DNA of 26,646 nucleotides from Bacteroidales bacterium. GTDB taxonomy: Bacteria; Bacteroidota; Bacteroidia; Bacteroidales; WRGA01. The stretch lies in assembly GCA_031279795.1 (NCBI GenBank), contig JAITHZ010000159.1, positions 1 through 26,646 on the forward strand, written 5' to 3'. The translations under genes and the position numbers were made by a program. Shown here one piece after another: positions 16,492-25,412 of this stretch. Positions within the stretch are counted from its first letter, which is position 1; the number at the start of each line of letters is the position of its first letter. The notes below the pieces were generated by a model. The model was given only the letters and a program-made list of their open reading frames with translations, was not told the DNA's origin and did not search any database.

Positions 16492-18183
16492 TTATAAATG
16501 CTTTGTTGTGATTACCTGACCCGATCGGAGGAGCTGTTTCATAATGTGCACAGCCGGATGAGGCGACGCATCATGACCGGATTCTACGGTAGAGAGGCGC
16601 ATTCCAAGCAAGTTGTAATACTGCACATCGACCACAGGATCGTTGCCCTTCAGGGGAATAATTTCCGACAGCTGGTTGTGTTCGTCAATCTTCCGTCTGT
16701 TTTCATCGCGATAGCTTTTGGAAAAAATATCAGCTGCTTCGTAATATTCCGACTGGGAATCGAAATAAACAGAGAAATACCGGGCATCCGATTCTTTTTC
16801 TGAAAGATAAATATTCGACATCTCAAGGGTTGCATTACCGGAAACAGACAAATACGAAAGCCGGTAGTCTCCCATGTTCTTTATTTTATAATAACCGTCT
16901 TCCTGGAGGTCAAAATACCAGTCTTGCATCTGGCTGTCGTCAGACGAGTAGTCTCCGTCGCGCCATTGCAGGGATCCGAATACGTTTTGCAGGAATTTGC
17001 CGGTATCGGGATCTTTCAGCCGATATACCCAAGGGGTTTCGGTTTGAACGATAACGAATCGTTTCGCCTGGCTGTCGCTGATGGCAAATCCGCCGGTCGC
17101 TTTGGCCGCAACAAGACGGTCGGACGCACGTTCCAGCAGACTGTACACATTTCCGGAAACGATTTCTGCGGCACGTTTGTAGCGGTCTGCGTCGTCGAAC
17201 ACGCTCAAATTCCATGTGTCGCGCCACCGGACGGCCGGATAGCCGGAACGCATGCTCAACGGCAACCACACGTAGGTCGACGATTCGACATTGCCCGGCG
17301 CCCAGCGGTCGCCCATGTAGATGTAGGCGTTTTCTTTCCCGTGTACTTTCAACACATAAGCGCTTTGCGACTGGTAACTCTGGTTCTGTCCGCTGTCGAT
17401 GGCAAAGTTTCCGCCCTGCATCCATTCGCCCAGCATGTCGAAGGCATATCCGGTCTGTCCGGGAGTCGGATTCCAGCCGTCGGAAAGCGAAAACAGGCCG
17501 TGATAGGTATCGCCAGCGCGAAAAATTGCGAAAGCCTCAAACTTTTTCCCTTTGAATACGATCGTTTCCGTCGGTTGTCCGTTGATGGAGTCTTCCGAAA
17601 GAAAGTCGGATTTCAGGCGGATGATGTGCATGTCGGTAAAAGCGGTATTGGAGACATGATATGCCACGTCTCCGTCAGCGAAAAGGGTCTGGTCGCGCGA
17701 TGATTTGCCGTTTGGCTGGAATGTCTTGACAAAAGAGTAAGGGCCTTGCACCTGATCGGCCACTGCCACGCATACGCGCGCCTCTCCGTATCCAGAGCCG
17801 TTTTCCCAGTGGGCATAGAGGATCCATTTGCCGGTGTTGGGATTGTAAACTATCTTCGGGCGTTCGAGCAGGCGTCCGTCGGATATGTCCTGCATGTCTT
17901 CGCGCCTGGAACCGGAAGGCGACAGTGCGTAACCGAGCGGTTGCCAGTTGTAGAGATCGGTCGATTTATAGCAGCGGATTCCTGCCCACTTGGAACCGCT
18001 TCGGGTTTCTCCGAACCAGTAGTATGCACCGTCGTGCCAGACGACGCAGCATCCGTGAGCGTTGATGTTCGCACCGGCGGTATCTTTCCATGCTGCGCCC
18101 GGCGTGAAACTGTCTGCGCCAAAAGCCAAGACAGGAATCAGTAGAATGAACGAGAAAATCGTTCGCAGAATCATAACAGTCAT
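16492..18183 (-). CDS. GH43 (likely GH43_24, exo-beta-1,3-galactanase type) plus beta-trefoil-like domain and short T9SS-like tail
   Basis: INAHG, YYWFGE, LLERPKIVYN, SRDQTLFAD, YQSQS, YMGDRW..YVWLPL; tail VQYYNLLGMRL..RSGQVITTKHL. Confidence 0.88.
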   Translation of the reverse strand: MTVMILRTIFSFILLIPVLAFGADSFTPGAAWKDTAGANINAHGCCVVWHDGAYYWFGETRSGSKWAGIRCYKSTDLYNWQPLGYALSPSGSRREDMQDISDGRLLERPKIVYNPNTGKWILYAHWENGSGYGEARVCVAVADQVQGPYSFVKTFQPNGKSSRDQTLFADGDVAYHVSNTAFTDMHIIRLKSDFLSEDSINGQPTETIVFKGKKFEAFAIFRAGDTYHGLFSLSDGWNPTPGQTGYAFDMLGEWMQGGNFAIDSGQNQSYQSQSAYVLKVHGKENAYIYMGDRWAPGNVESSTYVWLPLSMRSGYPAVRWRDTWNLSVFDDADRYKRAAEIVSGNVYSLLERASDRLVAAKATGGFAISDSQAKRFVIVQTETPWVYRLKDPDTGKFLQNVFGSLQWRDGDYSSDDSQMQDWYFDLQEDGYYKIKNMGDYRLSYLSVSGNATLEMSNIYLSEKESDARYFSVYFDSQSEYYEAADIFSKSYRDENRRKIDEHNQLSEIIPLKGNDPVVDVQYYNLLGMRLSTVESGHDASPHPAVHIMKQLLRSGQVITTKHL

Positions 18184-18208
18184 TGTTGAGATTATTGAGA
18201 TGGAATTG

Positions 18209-19930
18209 TTAGTAAATCACTTTTATTGCCTTCGGTCGATTGCCGACTTTCACGATATATACGCCTTTTCCTCTCAATGGAATGCCTCTGCCGCTGTACT
18301 GGCTGATCTCCTCAACCAGTATGCCAGCCGAAGTGTAAACCGAAACATTAGACACTTCGGGAACGTTGCTTAAATACAGCAATCCGTTGACAACTTGCAC
18401 AGACGGAACATCATTTCTGTTTACAATATCAACAGCGCTTGGGGTATCTACCTTGATTCCTGTTTCCGGCGGTGCATAAGCTCCGGTAAGATCGTATGCG
18501 AAGTAGTGTATGTTGGCAAAATCGTTGATAAAACCAAGCATTGGAGTGAAATTTATACGGTTCTGTCCGGTCAGAGCAACATTGTCTACAAAGAAATGTC
18601 CGTATCCCGAAGTCGTCCATCCTACCTGATTGCGTTCCATGTAGAGTGTTATCTTCAGTTGTCGGCAGCTTGCAGTTGGCGTGTAGTCCATCGTGTATAT
18701 TTGCCAGTTGTTTGATGTAACGTTTACAGACGCGCCAAGTGTTTCGTCCTGTACTTCGCGAATTTTGAACTTTCCATTCCATTCAGGATACTCCGTTCCT
18801 GCATTTCCAGCTCGCTGTCCGCCTTTTGCCATTGCCGAGAAACTGTATGTTGTGCCGGATACAATGTCTACCACCTGATCAATCTCTCCAGCTCCCCAAC
18901 CGGTGCTCCACTGGTAGTTGCTCATCTCAAGGACGTGGTTGCTTTTGGCGTCGTATTCGGCTCCGATCCCCGACAATTCTATCGCCTGATTGTTATTCCA
19001 GGTATCCCAGTTCACTACTGTCCAATTTTCGATGCGGTTGAGGTAACCATCCTTGCGAAAGTTGTATTCACCTTCAAAGTTTCCGTTCATGATCATGTTT
19101 TCCGTCGGTTCGCCGGCTTCGGACAACAAATCGGGTAGCGAGTAGTCGCCCAGCCTCAAAGTGTCGATGGGTATTCCGTCGCGATAGAAGAACACATGGC
19201 CATCGGGCGCCACAGCGTAGCGATAGACATGGTACAGGTCGGCGTCGTTATAGAAACTTTGCTGTGTTGGATGCTCCAGCGCGCGTGTCAGTGTGGCATT
19301 TGCGTAAATTCCCACGCCACTTTCTGTGACGTATCCCTTAAATCCCTTTCCGCTGGCGTCGTTGAACAGCGGGTAGAAGCTCTTCGAGGCAGTATTGGTT
19401 TTCACTTTGAATTCAATGGTGTAACCGTTCGGTCCGGGATTAAAGTCGGAAGCAACAAACTCGTCTGCGTCCTGGCTTCCTCCGCCGTCGAAGGCGGGAT
19501 TTGCCGAAATGTCCTTTCCTGGAAGTTTGGATCCCTTACCTGTCAGGCTGATAAAGGAGATATGTTCGCCACTGCTCAATTTCAACAAGCCCGAAAAGTT
19601 GTTGTACTTGTTGTATGTTACCGTAATTTCGGCGTCCGTCACATTTGGATTCACACTTTTGGGAGTTACCGTAAAACCCGGAGGAGTTGTTAAGGATACA
19701 GGATAAGTTAAGCCCGGCGTGCTGACCTTGAATGTTGCCGTTGCGTTTGTGCCGTTTATAACGAGCGAAGCGTCTTCGCTGGCGCTCCTGAGACCAGCCG
19801 GGAGCGAAACAAGAATCGCACCCTGCGGAGAATCGTTGCCGATGTGTTGCGACATAGCCGCAAACGGCGTTACCACAGCTTGCACAAAAAACAGTGCAAG
19901 AAAAACAGAATTAGAATTACTCTTTTTCAT
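18209..19930 (-). CDS. Secreted non-catalytic protein: Ig-like, LamG-like and CBM4/9-like domains, T9SS tail
   Basis: Start MKKSNSNS (ATG 19930). LamG-like GYTIEFKVK..YHVYRYAV..VFFYRDG; CBM-like NMIMNGNFEG..QVVDIVSGTTYSFSAMAK..FVDNVALT; tail VYTSAGILV..GKGVYIVKV..KVIY. Confidence 0.7.
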   Translation of the reverse strand: MKKSNSNSVFLALFFVQAVVTPFAAMSQHIGNDSPQGAILVSLPAGLRSASEDASLVINGTNATATFKVSTPGLTYPVSLTTPPGFTVTPKSVNPNVTDAEITVTYNKYNNFSGLLKLSSGEHISFISLTGKGSKLPGKDISANPAFDGGGSQDADEFVASDFNPGPNGYTIEFKVKTNTASKSFYPLFNDASGKGFKGYVTESGVGIYANATLTRALEHPTQQSFYNDADLYHVYRYAVAPDGHVFFYRDGIPIDTLRLGDYSLPDLLSEAGEPTENMIMNGNFEGEYNFRKDGYLNRIENWTVVNWDTWNNNQAIELSGIGAEYDAKSNHVLEMSNYQWSTGWGAGEIDQVVDIVSGTTYSFSAMAKGGQRAGNAGTEYPEWNGKFKIREVQDETLGASVNVTSNNWQIYTMDYTPTASCRQLKITLYMERNQVGWTTSGYGHFFVDNVALTGQNRINFTPMLGFINDFANIHYFAYDLTGAYAPPETGIKVDTPSAVDIVNRNDVPSVQVVNGLLYLSNVPEVSNVSVYTSAGILVEEISQYSGRGIPLRGKGVYIVKVGNRPKAIKVIY

Positions 19931-19985
19931 CTTACTAAAAAAAATAAAATTATTAAACAATTGATACTAACTAAATCCTCATTTA

Positions 19986-22826
19986 TTATTTTATAAACCG
20001 GAAATAAAACCGGCGATTGACAACTAACAGATAGACGCCAGAAAGTAAACCGGACGTATTGACACGGCTGACGTGCTTCCGCTCCATGAGCTTGCTGCCT
20101 GCGACGGAATATATTTCTGCGAGCTGCATCTCTTCATTGGTTGTCGGGTAAATCTCGCCGGAGCGCCGGTCATAACGCATGGAAAACGTGTTTCCCTGCA
20201 TCGACGAAATGTCGCTTCCAGCGGCGTCCGCAGTTTCAACGCATAACCAGCCTACCGTTTCTTTATCTACATCGTTGGTGTTGAGCGATTTTTCTCTGTC
20301 CTTGAATACTTCGGCGTAATTCGCTCCGCGTGATTTGATTCGCAGCGTGGCGGTTATATCGTCGCTTTCTGTCTGCATGAACCCGAAAAAGGCCGGTTTA
20401 ACAAAAGCGCTGGCAAAGGTTATTTTACAGGGCGAGTTGTAACTGCCTGCGACTTTCTCTGCCGTCAGTCCGGCTTCAATTTTCCGTCCTCTGTATTCGC
20501 CGCTTCCGGGCGTAAGGGCAATGTAGCCTGCTACTTCCGGCACGTTTCGCGGAGACATGTTTTCTTCGTATTGCAGTTTGAGATAAAAACCTTCTTTCGT
20601 TACGTCCTTTACCCTGACGGAGGCGGCGCTATCGCCGCAGGCAGTCAGCTGCGAAGCGATTACGAAAGGCGTTTCGTCGAAAGGCGCATCGAAAAGCACT
20701 TGCTTCCACGATTTGGTTACGTCGGCGACTTTTCCGGCACGAAGGGTGATGCCTCCCAGATTGTAACTCCCTTCGGGCAACGAGAGGCAGGCAATTGTAT
20801 CGGGATTGACAAATTCCGGCTTTTGCAGGTATTCCCATGGATGTAATTTAAACATAAAAGCGGCGTTGGATAAACGGTCGGCTCGCCAGGAGAGCGGCAT
20901 CTTGTTCCGGTAAGTCGGCGTACCGAAAACAACGACAGGCGGCTTGGAATACTGCTGCCCGAAAACATACACGCTGTAGTTTTCTTTCACAAGCAGATTG
21001 TCGAAGTGAATGTTGCCGGTCGGGTTGTCGCTGGCCGTGTTGTTGATAAAATCGTAGCGAACGGCATTGCTCGTTTGTTCGGGTTTATTATTCAAGGGCG
21101 AGGATTTCACACGGTACCAGACCGACCGGATTGCTGGGTCGTAAGGCAGAATATTATCTGTGTATTGTCTCTTGTGGGGATTATCAATTATTGCAACCGT
21201 TTCGTAATTCGCGCCATCGGTAGAACGTTCGAGCCGAAAGCCTGTAACCATTTCTCCGTCGTAATTTGTCCACGAAAGATTGAGCTTTCCTGCGTCGTCA
21301 TACGTATACGAAAGCGCTGGCGGATTGCGGAATTTCCACACCGGAATCACCTCGTTGGCATGATTGAATGCCATTGCCGAATTATTGGCGGCGTAGAAGG
21401 CGCCCGCCGGCGTCAGTTGCCCGTTGTACAAGGCGGCGCGTTTCTGTTCGACCCAATTATAAAGGCAATATCTTTCGATAAAAGAAGCAGTGTCCATCAC
21501 CGTCAGGATTCCTTTCAAATCGTTCAGTTGCTTCTGATACTGTGCATCGATGCCGGACGGCCAACTTTCGTTCGTCCAGTTTGCGCCGTTGTTCCATTCT
21601 TTAATCCAGACAGGGCGTCCGGTTCTGTCGGCAACGGCTTTCAGGTCTTTATACCAGTTCTGTGGCGATTTAGCGCCCCAGTACGCATGGACAACAACAA
21701 AATCGACACGGTAGTTGCGTTTGTCACATTCGCTCATAAAATTATACAGCCAGTTGAAATCGGTGGTAGCAGGCGAACCTAATCTGGCGCCGGTTTTCAT
21801 CAGGACAGGCCATTCGGCTATTGCCTGGGCAACCGTAACATTGGACTGTTCGGTATGGTCGGGTTCATTAAATCCTATCAGATGCGACCAGCGTTTAATT
21901 GTGTAAAAATTGCCGAAATTCCCGCCCTTGCCCCATTTTTCGGGCACAAACTCCTGATTGATAAAAGGCGTAGTCTTGTTCGGATTGATCCAACCCTGCA
22001 CATCGGTTGTCCACGACCAGTTGTAAAACCACGTACAGTTCAGCACATCGTTTTGCTCGTCGGCATAGCGGAACCCTTCCGGCTGATTCCTGTCGTACTG
22101 ATTCGACCAGCCTTTTTTGGAAACCCATTCCCAGCCAAACACCCGAAGGAAAGAAACTTTTCCACCGAGTTCCGGCGGTAATTCTGGAAGAAGTAAATCA
22201 TCGTCGTCGGCAATAAACACGCGGCTGTAACCCATTCCGTCCGGTTCGGTAGCCAGCGTAAGCATATAGCCTTTTTTAAGTTTCAGGGAACGAATGGTAT
22301 TGTCCAGCTCCAGCGTTGCTCGGTTGGCTTGCGGAACCAACGGATCCGGCTGATTGGAATAATACAAATCTGCCAAATGTTTTTGCGACATGCCGGTATA
22401 GTTCGTTCCACCGAACGTTTCCAGCGGCTGGAAACCTGCAGGATGTGCAAAAACTGCCGTACCCTGTTTATAAACAGCTATCCGGCAGTTGGCGTCAGTG
22501 TAAGGATTCATGGCAACACCGTGGATGGTGATGAAGGAAGCGTACAAATCCATTACCCTGGATGGTTTTACATTGTCGAAAAACAGAAAAGCGTCTTCCG
22601 AAACAATATTTATTGTGCTGTTCATTAACGTATTGTTGGCATTTGTCAGATGCAGGTCAATTGCCGTGTCAAGCGTCCGGTTTACGCCAGAAAGCGAAGT
22701 CAGCGTTTCAATGGCGCGTCCTCCTGCAGCGTTCGGCGCAGGGGTCAGCTCTGCTTCGGCAAACATTGCCGAATGTTCGGCAAACATTACCAAACATATA
22801 AAAACAATCCATTTCATGATTTTCAT
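19986..22826 (-). CDS. GH128-like (Glyco_hydro_cc) beta-1,3-glucanase with accessory domains and T9SS tail
   Basis: WFYNW, EFVPEKWG, HLIGFNEPD (acid/base), RLGSPA, VDFVVVHAY, PVWIKEWN (nucleophile), IERY. Then FN3-like LSWTNYDGE..FRLERS, three F..P.V repeats, and tail IYSVAG..SGVYLLVVN..FIK. Confidence 0.8.
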   Translation of the reverse strand: MKIMKWIVFICLVMFAEHSAMFAEAELTPAPNAAGGRAIETLTSLSGVNRTLDTAIDLHLTNANNTLMNSTINIVSEDAFLFFDNVKPSRVMDLYASFITIHGVAMNPYTDANCRIAVYKQGTAVFAHPAGFQPLETFGGTNYTGMSQKHLADLYYSNQPDPLVPQANRATLELDNTIRSLKLKKGYMLTLATEPDGMGYSRVFIADDDDLLLPELPPELGGKVSFLRVFGWEWVSKKGWSNQYDRNQPEGFRYADEQNDVLNCTWFYNWSWTTDVQGWINPNKTTPFINQEFVPEKWGKGGNFGNFYTIKRWSHLIGFNEPDHTEQSNVTVAQAIAEWPVLMKTGARLGSPATTDFNWLYNFMSECDKRNYRVDFVVVHAYWGAKSPQNWYKDLKAVADRTGRPVWIKEWNNGANWTNESWPSGIDAQYQKQLNDLKGILTVMDTASFIERYCLYNWVEQKRAALYNGQLTPAGAFYAANNSAMAFNHANEVIPVWKFRNPPALSYTYDDAGKLNLSWTNYDGEMVTGFRLERSTDGANYETVAIIDNPHKRQYTDNILPYDPAIRSVWYRVKSSPLNNKPEQTSNAVRYDFINNTASDNPTGNIHFDNLLVKENYSVYVFGQQYSKPPVVVFGTPTYRNKMPLSWRADRLSNAAFMFKLHPWEYLQKPEFVNPDTIACLSLPEGSYNLGGITLRAGKVADVTKSWKQVLFDAPFDETPFVIASQLTACGDSAASVRVKDVTKEGFYLKLQYEENMSPRNVPEVAGYIALTPGSGEYRGRKIEAGLTAEKVAGSYNSPCKITFASAFVKPAFFGFMQTESDDITATLRIKSRGANYAEVFKDREKSLNTNDVDKETVGWLCVETADAAGSDISSMQGNTFSMRYDRRSGEIYPTTNEEMQLAEIYSVAGSKLMERKHVSRVNTSGLLSGVYLLVVNRRFYFRFIK

Positions 22827-22835
22827 CGAAACGAG

Positions 22836-22856
22836 TTTTTGATTTTTGATTTTTAA
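22836..22856 (+). repeat. (TTTTTGA)2-3 heptamer in a 26-nt gap
   Basis: TTTTTGA TTTTTGA TTTTTAA; the last unit contains the upstream gene's TAA. Confidence 0.5.
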
Positions 22857-23794
22857 TAGATCACAAATTTTGCTGCTTGGCCTTTTCCTTTTTCTTGGGC
22901 AATGTATATTCCGGGCGGAAGTGAAATATCCTCGCTTTTCCGGTCTGCAGTAAACTGTTTGACTTTTTGCCCGCTAACATGCCAAATATCAACAATATCT
23001 CCGTCGTTCAACCCTGAAAAGCTTACCGCGTGTCCCCTGCTCAATGCCTTGAACGGCTGCGATCCGTCGGTTATGGTTATCGCCGAAGTTTCCTCACGCA
23101 CCAGCTTCACATTGTCCACATCTATCCACTGGCTGATATTTCCTCCCCATGTGTAGATGCGGGGAGCGGAAATGTACAGATGGAGAGTTGCTGTTGAAGC
23201 TGTTTCGGGAACGGTAAATTTTTTCTCTCGCTCATACCATTTTTCATCCAACTCGTTGTAAAGCTTTGTTCCGCTCACTATATCCGTTCCGCCGGACGTA
23301 ATGGAATAGTATGCTTGAACTATTTTACCGCTTTCGGCATGACTTGATAAACGGTAAAGAAATGAAAAAGAATAAGTAGCATTGGGAACAACATCTACGG
23401 TTTGCTGTATTCCGCCTGTTCCTGGCTCGGTTGTACCCGGCTTGCCGTCCGAACTGCCGTACCATTCGTACTGCTGGATACGCAAGTATTGCCTGTTGTT
23501 GGCGTCCCCATCCGAAGCCGGATCAGCTGCGCCGAAGAATCCCATTGTACCGCGCACGATGTATTTGTTCAGCCCAACATTGTTGTAATCGTCGGTGAAG
23601 GTAGGGTTGGCAATCAAATCCCAGCCGCTCACCAGCGTGGGACAGTTGTCATAACTTTCGTATTTAAATAAGGTGTAGTCCGTATTTTCAAACCCCGGAT
23701 TTTGCACCATATTTGTTTCCGTAGCCTGCGCTTGCAGTGAAATTCCTTTACAAAAAAGAAGGAACAGAAAGAAATTTGTTTTTGCATTTTTCAT
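22853..23794 (-). CDS. Small secreted CBM4/9-like carbohydrate-binding protein with T9SS tail
   Basis: Signal peptide to LQAQ; NMVQNPGFE..GIQQTVDVVPNATYSFSFLYR..WYEREKKFTVP..IDVDNVKLV; tail IWHVSGQKV..LPPGIYIA..KFVIY. Confidence 0.75.
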   Translation of the reverse strand: MKNAKTNFFLFLLFCKGISLQAQATETNMVQNPGFENTDYTLFKYESYDNCPTLVSGWDLIANPTFTDDYNNVGLNKYIVRGTMGFFGAADPASDGDANNRQYLRIQQYEWYGSSDGKPGTTEPGTGGIQQTVDVVPNATYSFSFLYRLSSHAESGKIVQAYYSITSGGTDIVSGTKLYNELDEKWYEREKKFTVPETASTATLHLYISAPRIYTWGGNISQWIDVDNVKLVREETSAITITDGSQPFKALSRGHAVSFSGLNDGDIVDIWHVSGQKVKQFTADRKSEDISLPPGIYIAQEKGKGQAAKFVIY

Positions 23795-23830
23795 AACTCA
23801 AAATTTTAATAAATAAATAAATTGCGGGAG

Positions 23831-23838
23831 CAAAAGTA
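23831..23838 (-). promoter_or_regulatory. -7 promoter element heading the T9SS-cargo operon
   Basis: Minus strand TACTTTTG(C), 36 nt upstream of ATG 23794; no clear -33, compatible with activator dependence. Confidence 0.65.
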
Positions 23839-23970
23839 GAGGTTTTCGTTTTTCAGGAGGGCGAATTATGGTTCAGTATGGGATAATCAATATTCACAGT
23901 ATAAAATGAAACATGATTATACCTGTTGAAATTATGAATTTCCGCTAATAAAATACAAAATACGAGGTAG

Positions 23971-24501
23971 TTACTTGAAAAATGAAAAGTTCACGCTGCC
24001 GTAAATTCGTTGATGAAAGAAGTGCGGATGAGTTTTAAATGAATAACTATCAGGATGTTCGAGGATGAACATTCCATTTTCTTTCACTAATTTTCTGTCG
24101 AAAATGAGGTTTGGCAAATCGGGCAAATCGGGCAAGTTGTATGGCGGGTCGGCAAATATCAAATCGAACTGGAGGTTTGCAGCAATTAGCCAGGTCAGTA
24201 CGTCCCCTTTGACAGGCGTCAGGTTTTGGGCATTCAACATAGCGGCAACTTTTCGAATAAAAGCGAAATGAACGCTGTCTTTTTCGATACAAACAACCTT
24301 CGGACAGCCACGCGATAGAAATTCAAAAGCGATACTGCCTGTACCGGAAAACAAGTCAAGCGCTTCCGTCGTTTCCCAGTTCAAGTAATTTTGAAGCACG
24401 TTAAAGAGATTTTCTTTGGCAAAATCCGTTGTTGGTCGTGCATTGAAATTTTTGGGAATATGAAATCGTCTTCTTCCGTATATACCGCTTATTATACGCA
24501 C
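23971..24501 (-). CDS. rsmD: RsmD-family 16S rRNA m2G966 methyltransferase (GTG start)
   Basis: MRIISG, ARPTTDFAKENLFN, LDLFSGTGS, DLIFADPPY, ILEH, YGSVNFSFF. Confidence 0.92.
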   Translation of the reverse strand: MRIISGIYGRRRFHIPKNFNARPTTDFAKENLFNVLQNYLNWETTEALDLFSGTGSIAFEFLSRGCPKVVCIEKDSVHFAFIRKVAAMLNAQNLTPVKGDVLTWLIAANLQFDLIFADPPYNLPDLPDLPNLIFDRKLVKENGMFILEHPDSYSFKTHPHFFHQRIYGSVNFSFFK

Positions 24502-24512
24502 CTTATGTCAAT

Positions 24513-25328
24513 TTATTGTGCGTTAACCGCAAGGTAAGACTGTATATCAAATGGAAGCAAGATAGAATCTTTGCTGTAATAGAGGTCATTTTCCGGGACC
24601 ACATTCGCGATAAATCGGGAAAGGACAGTGATTAATTCCGCTTTTCTGTCCGGCAGTCCAGCGATGTGCAGTCCGTCTTTCAGGGGATCGAATTTCATTC
24701 TTTCCCACAGATTCAGAATAAAATAAGCCGCGTCATTTGTGTCAGTGCAAGGGAATGTATTTACAACCTCAATTCGGTTTTCGTTGAAGCAAAACACGCT
24801 GATTTCCGTATTGTTGACATGTAAATATACCCGTCCTTTTTCGCCCAGAACTTTCTGGTTTGCAAAATACTGCAACATGGGTGAAATATAATGTACATAT
24901 TCGGCAAAAGGAAACGTTCGTTGAAGGAAATTATATGTATCAAGAGGCAAGCCAAAAATGTTTTCCAGGCCGCAAGCCGCAACAGAATCAACCAGCGTCT
25001 TTTTGTTCTGAGTATCTTCAAAGTTAAACTGAAGGAACGATTTTTTATCCTCTGTATTTCCGGTAGCAAATGGCGCTGGGAGTAATGTAAACAAGCCGTT
25101 TACAATCATAATTTTGATATTTTTATAATTGAAAGACAGCAGGTTGTTAGAAAAAACAGCTTCTTTCAGGCTTTCGACGTATGGCGAAGTTTTGGCAATT
25201 CCTATTTCCTCGTAATGGCCGTCAGTCGGCGATTCTTGTGAATACACATAAAAAGAAGCCTCGCTCTGGCGTTGCAGCCTGAGTAGCAAATGATACTGTT
25301 TTGATTGATTGAAATCTATTTTATCCAT
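24513..25328 (-). CDS. DUF3822-family protein
   Basis: IDFNQSKQYHLLLRL, FTLLP..F, NTF..TDTNDAAYFILNLW; the position upstream of rsmD is the usual Bacteroidetes context. Confidence 0.8.
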   Translation of the reverse strand: MDKIDFNQSKQYHLLLRLQRQSEASFYVYSQESPTDGHYEEIGIAKTSPYVESLKEAVFSNNLLSFNYKNIKIMIVNGLFTLLPAPFATGNTEDKKSFLQFNFEDTQNKKTLVDSVAACGLENIFGLPLDTYNFLQRTFPFAEYVHYISPMLQYFANQKVLGEKGRVYLHVNNTEISVFCFNENRIEVVNTFPCTDTNDAAYFILNLWERMKFDPLKDGLHIAGLPDRKAELITVLSRFIANVVPENDLYYSKDSILLPFDIQSYLAVNAQ

Positions 25329-25332
25329 ATTT

Positions 25333-25412
25333 TAATTCTTAATTCTTAATTCCTAATTCCTAATTCTTAATTCCTAATTCTTAATTCCTAATTCTTAATT
25401 CCTAATTCTTAA
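25333..25412 (+). repeat. (TAATTCY)11 tandem heptamer tract
   Basis: Eleven consecutive TAATTCT/TAATTCC units from 25333 to 25409 plus TAA; spans the whole gap and the last codons of the upstream ORF. Confidence 0.97.
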
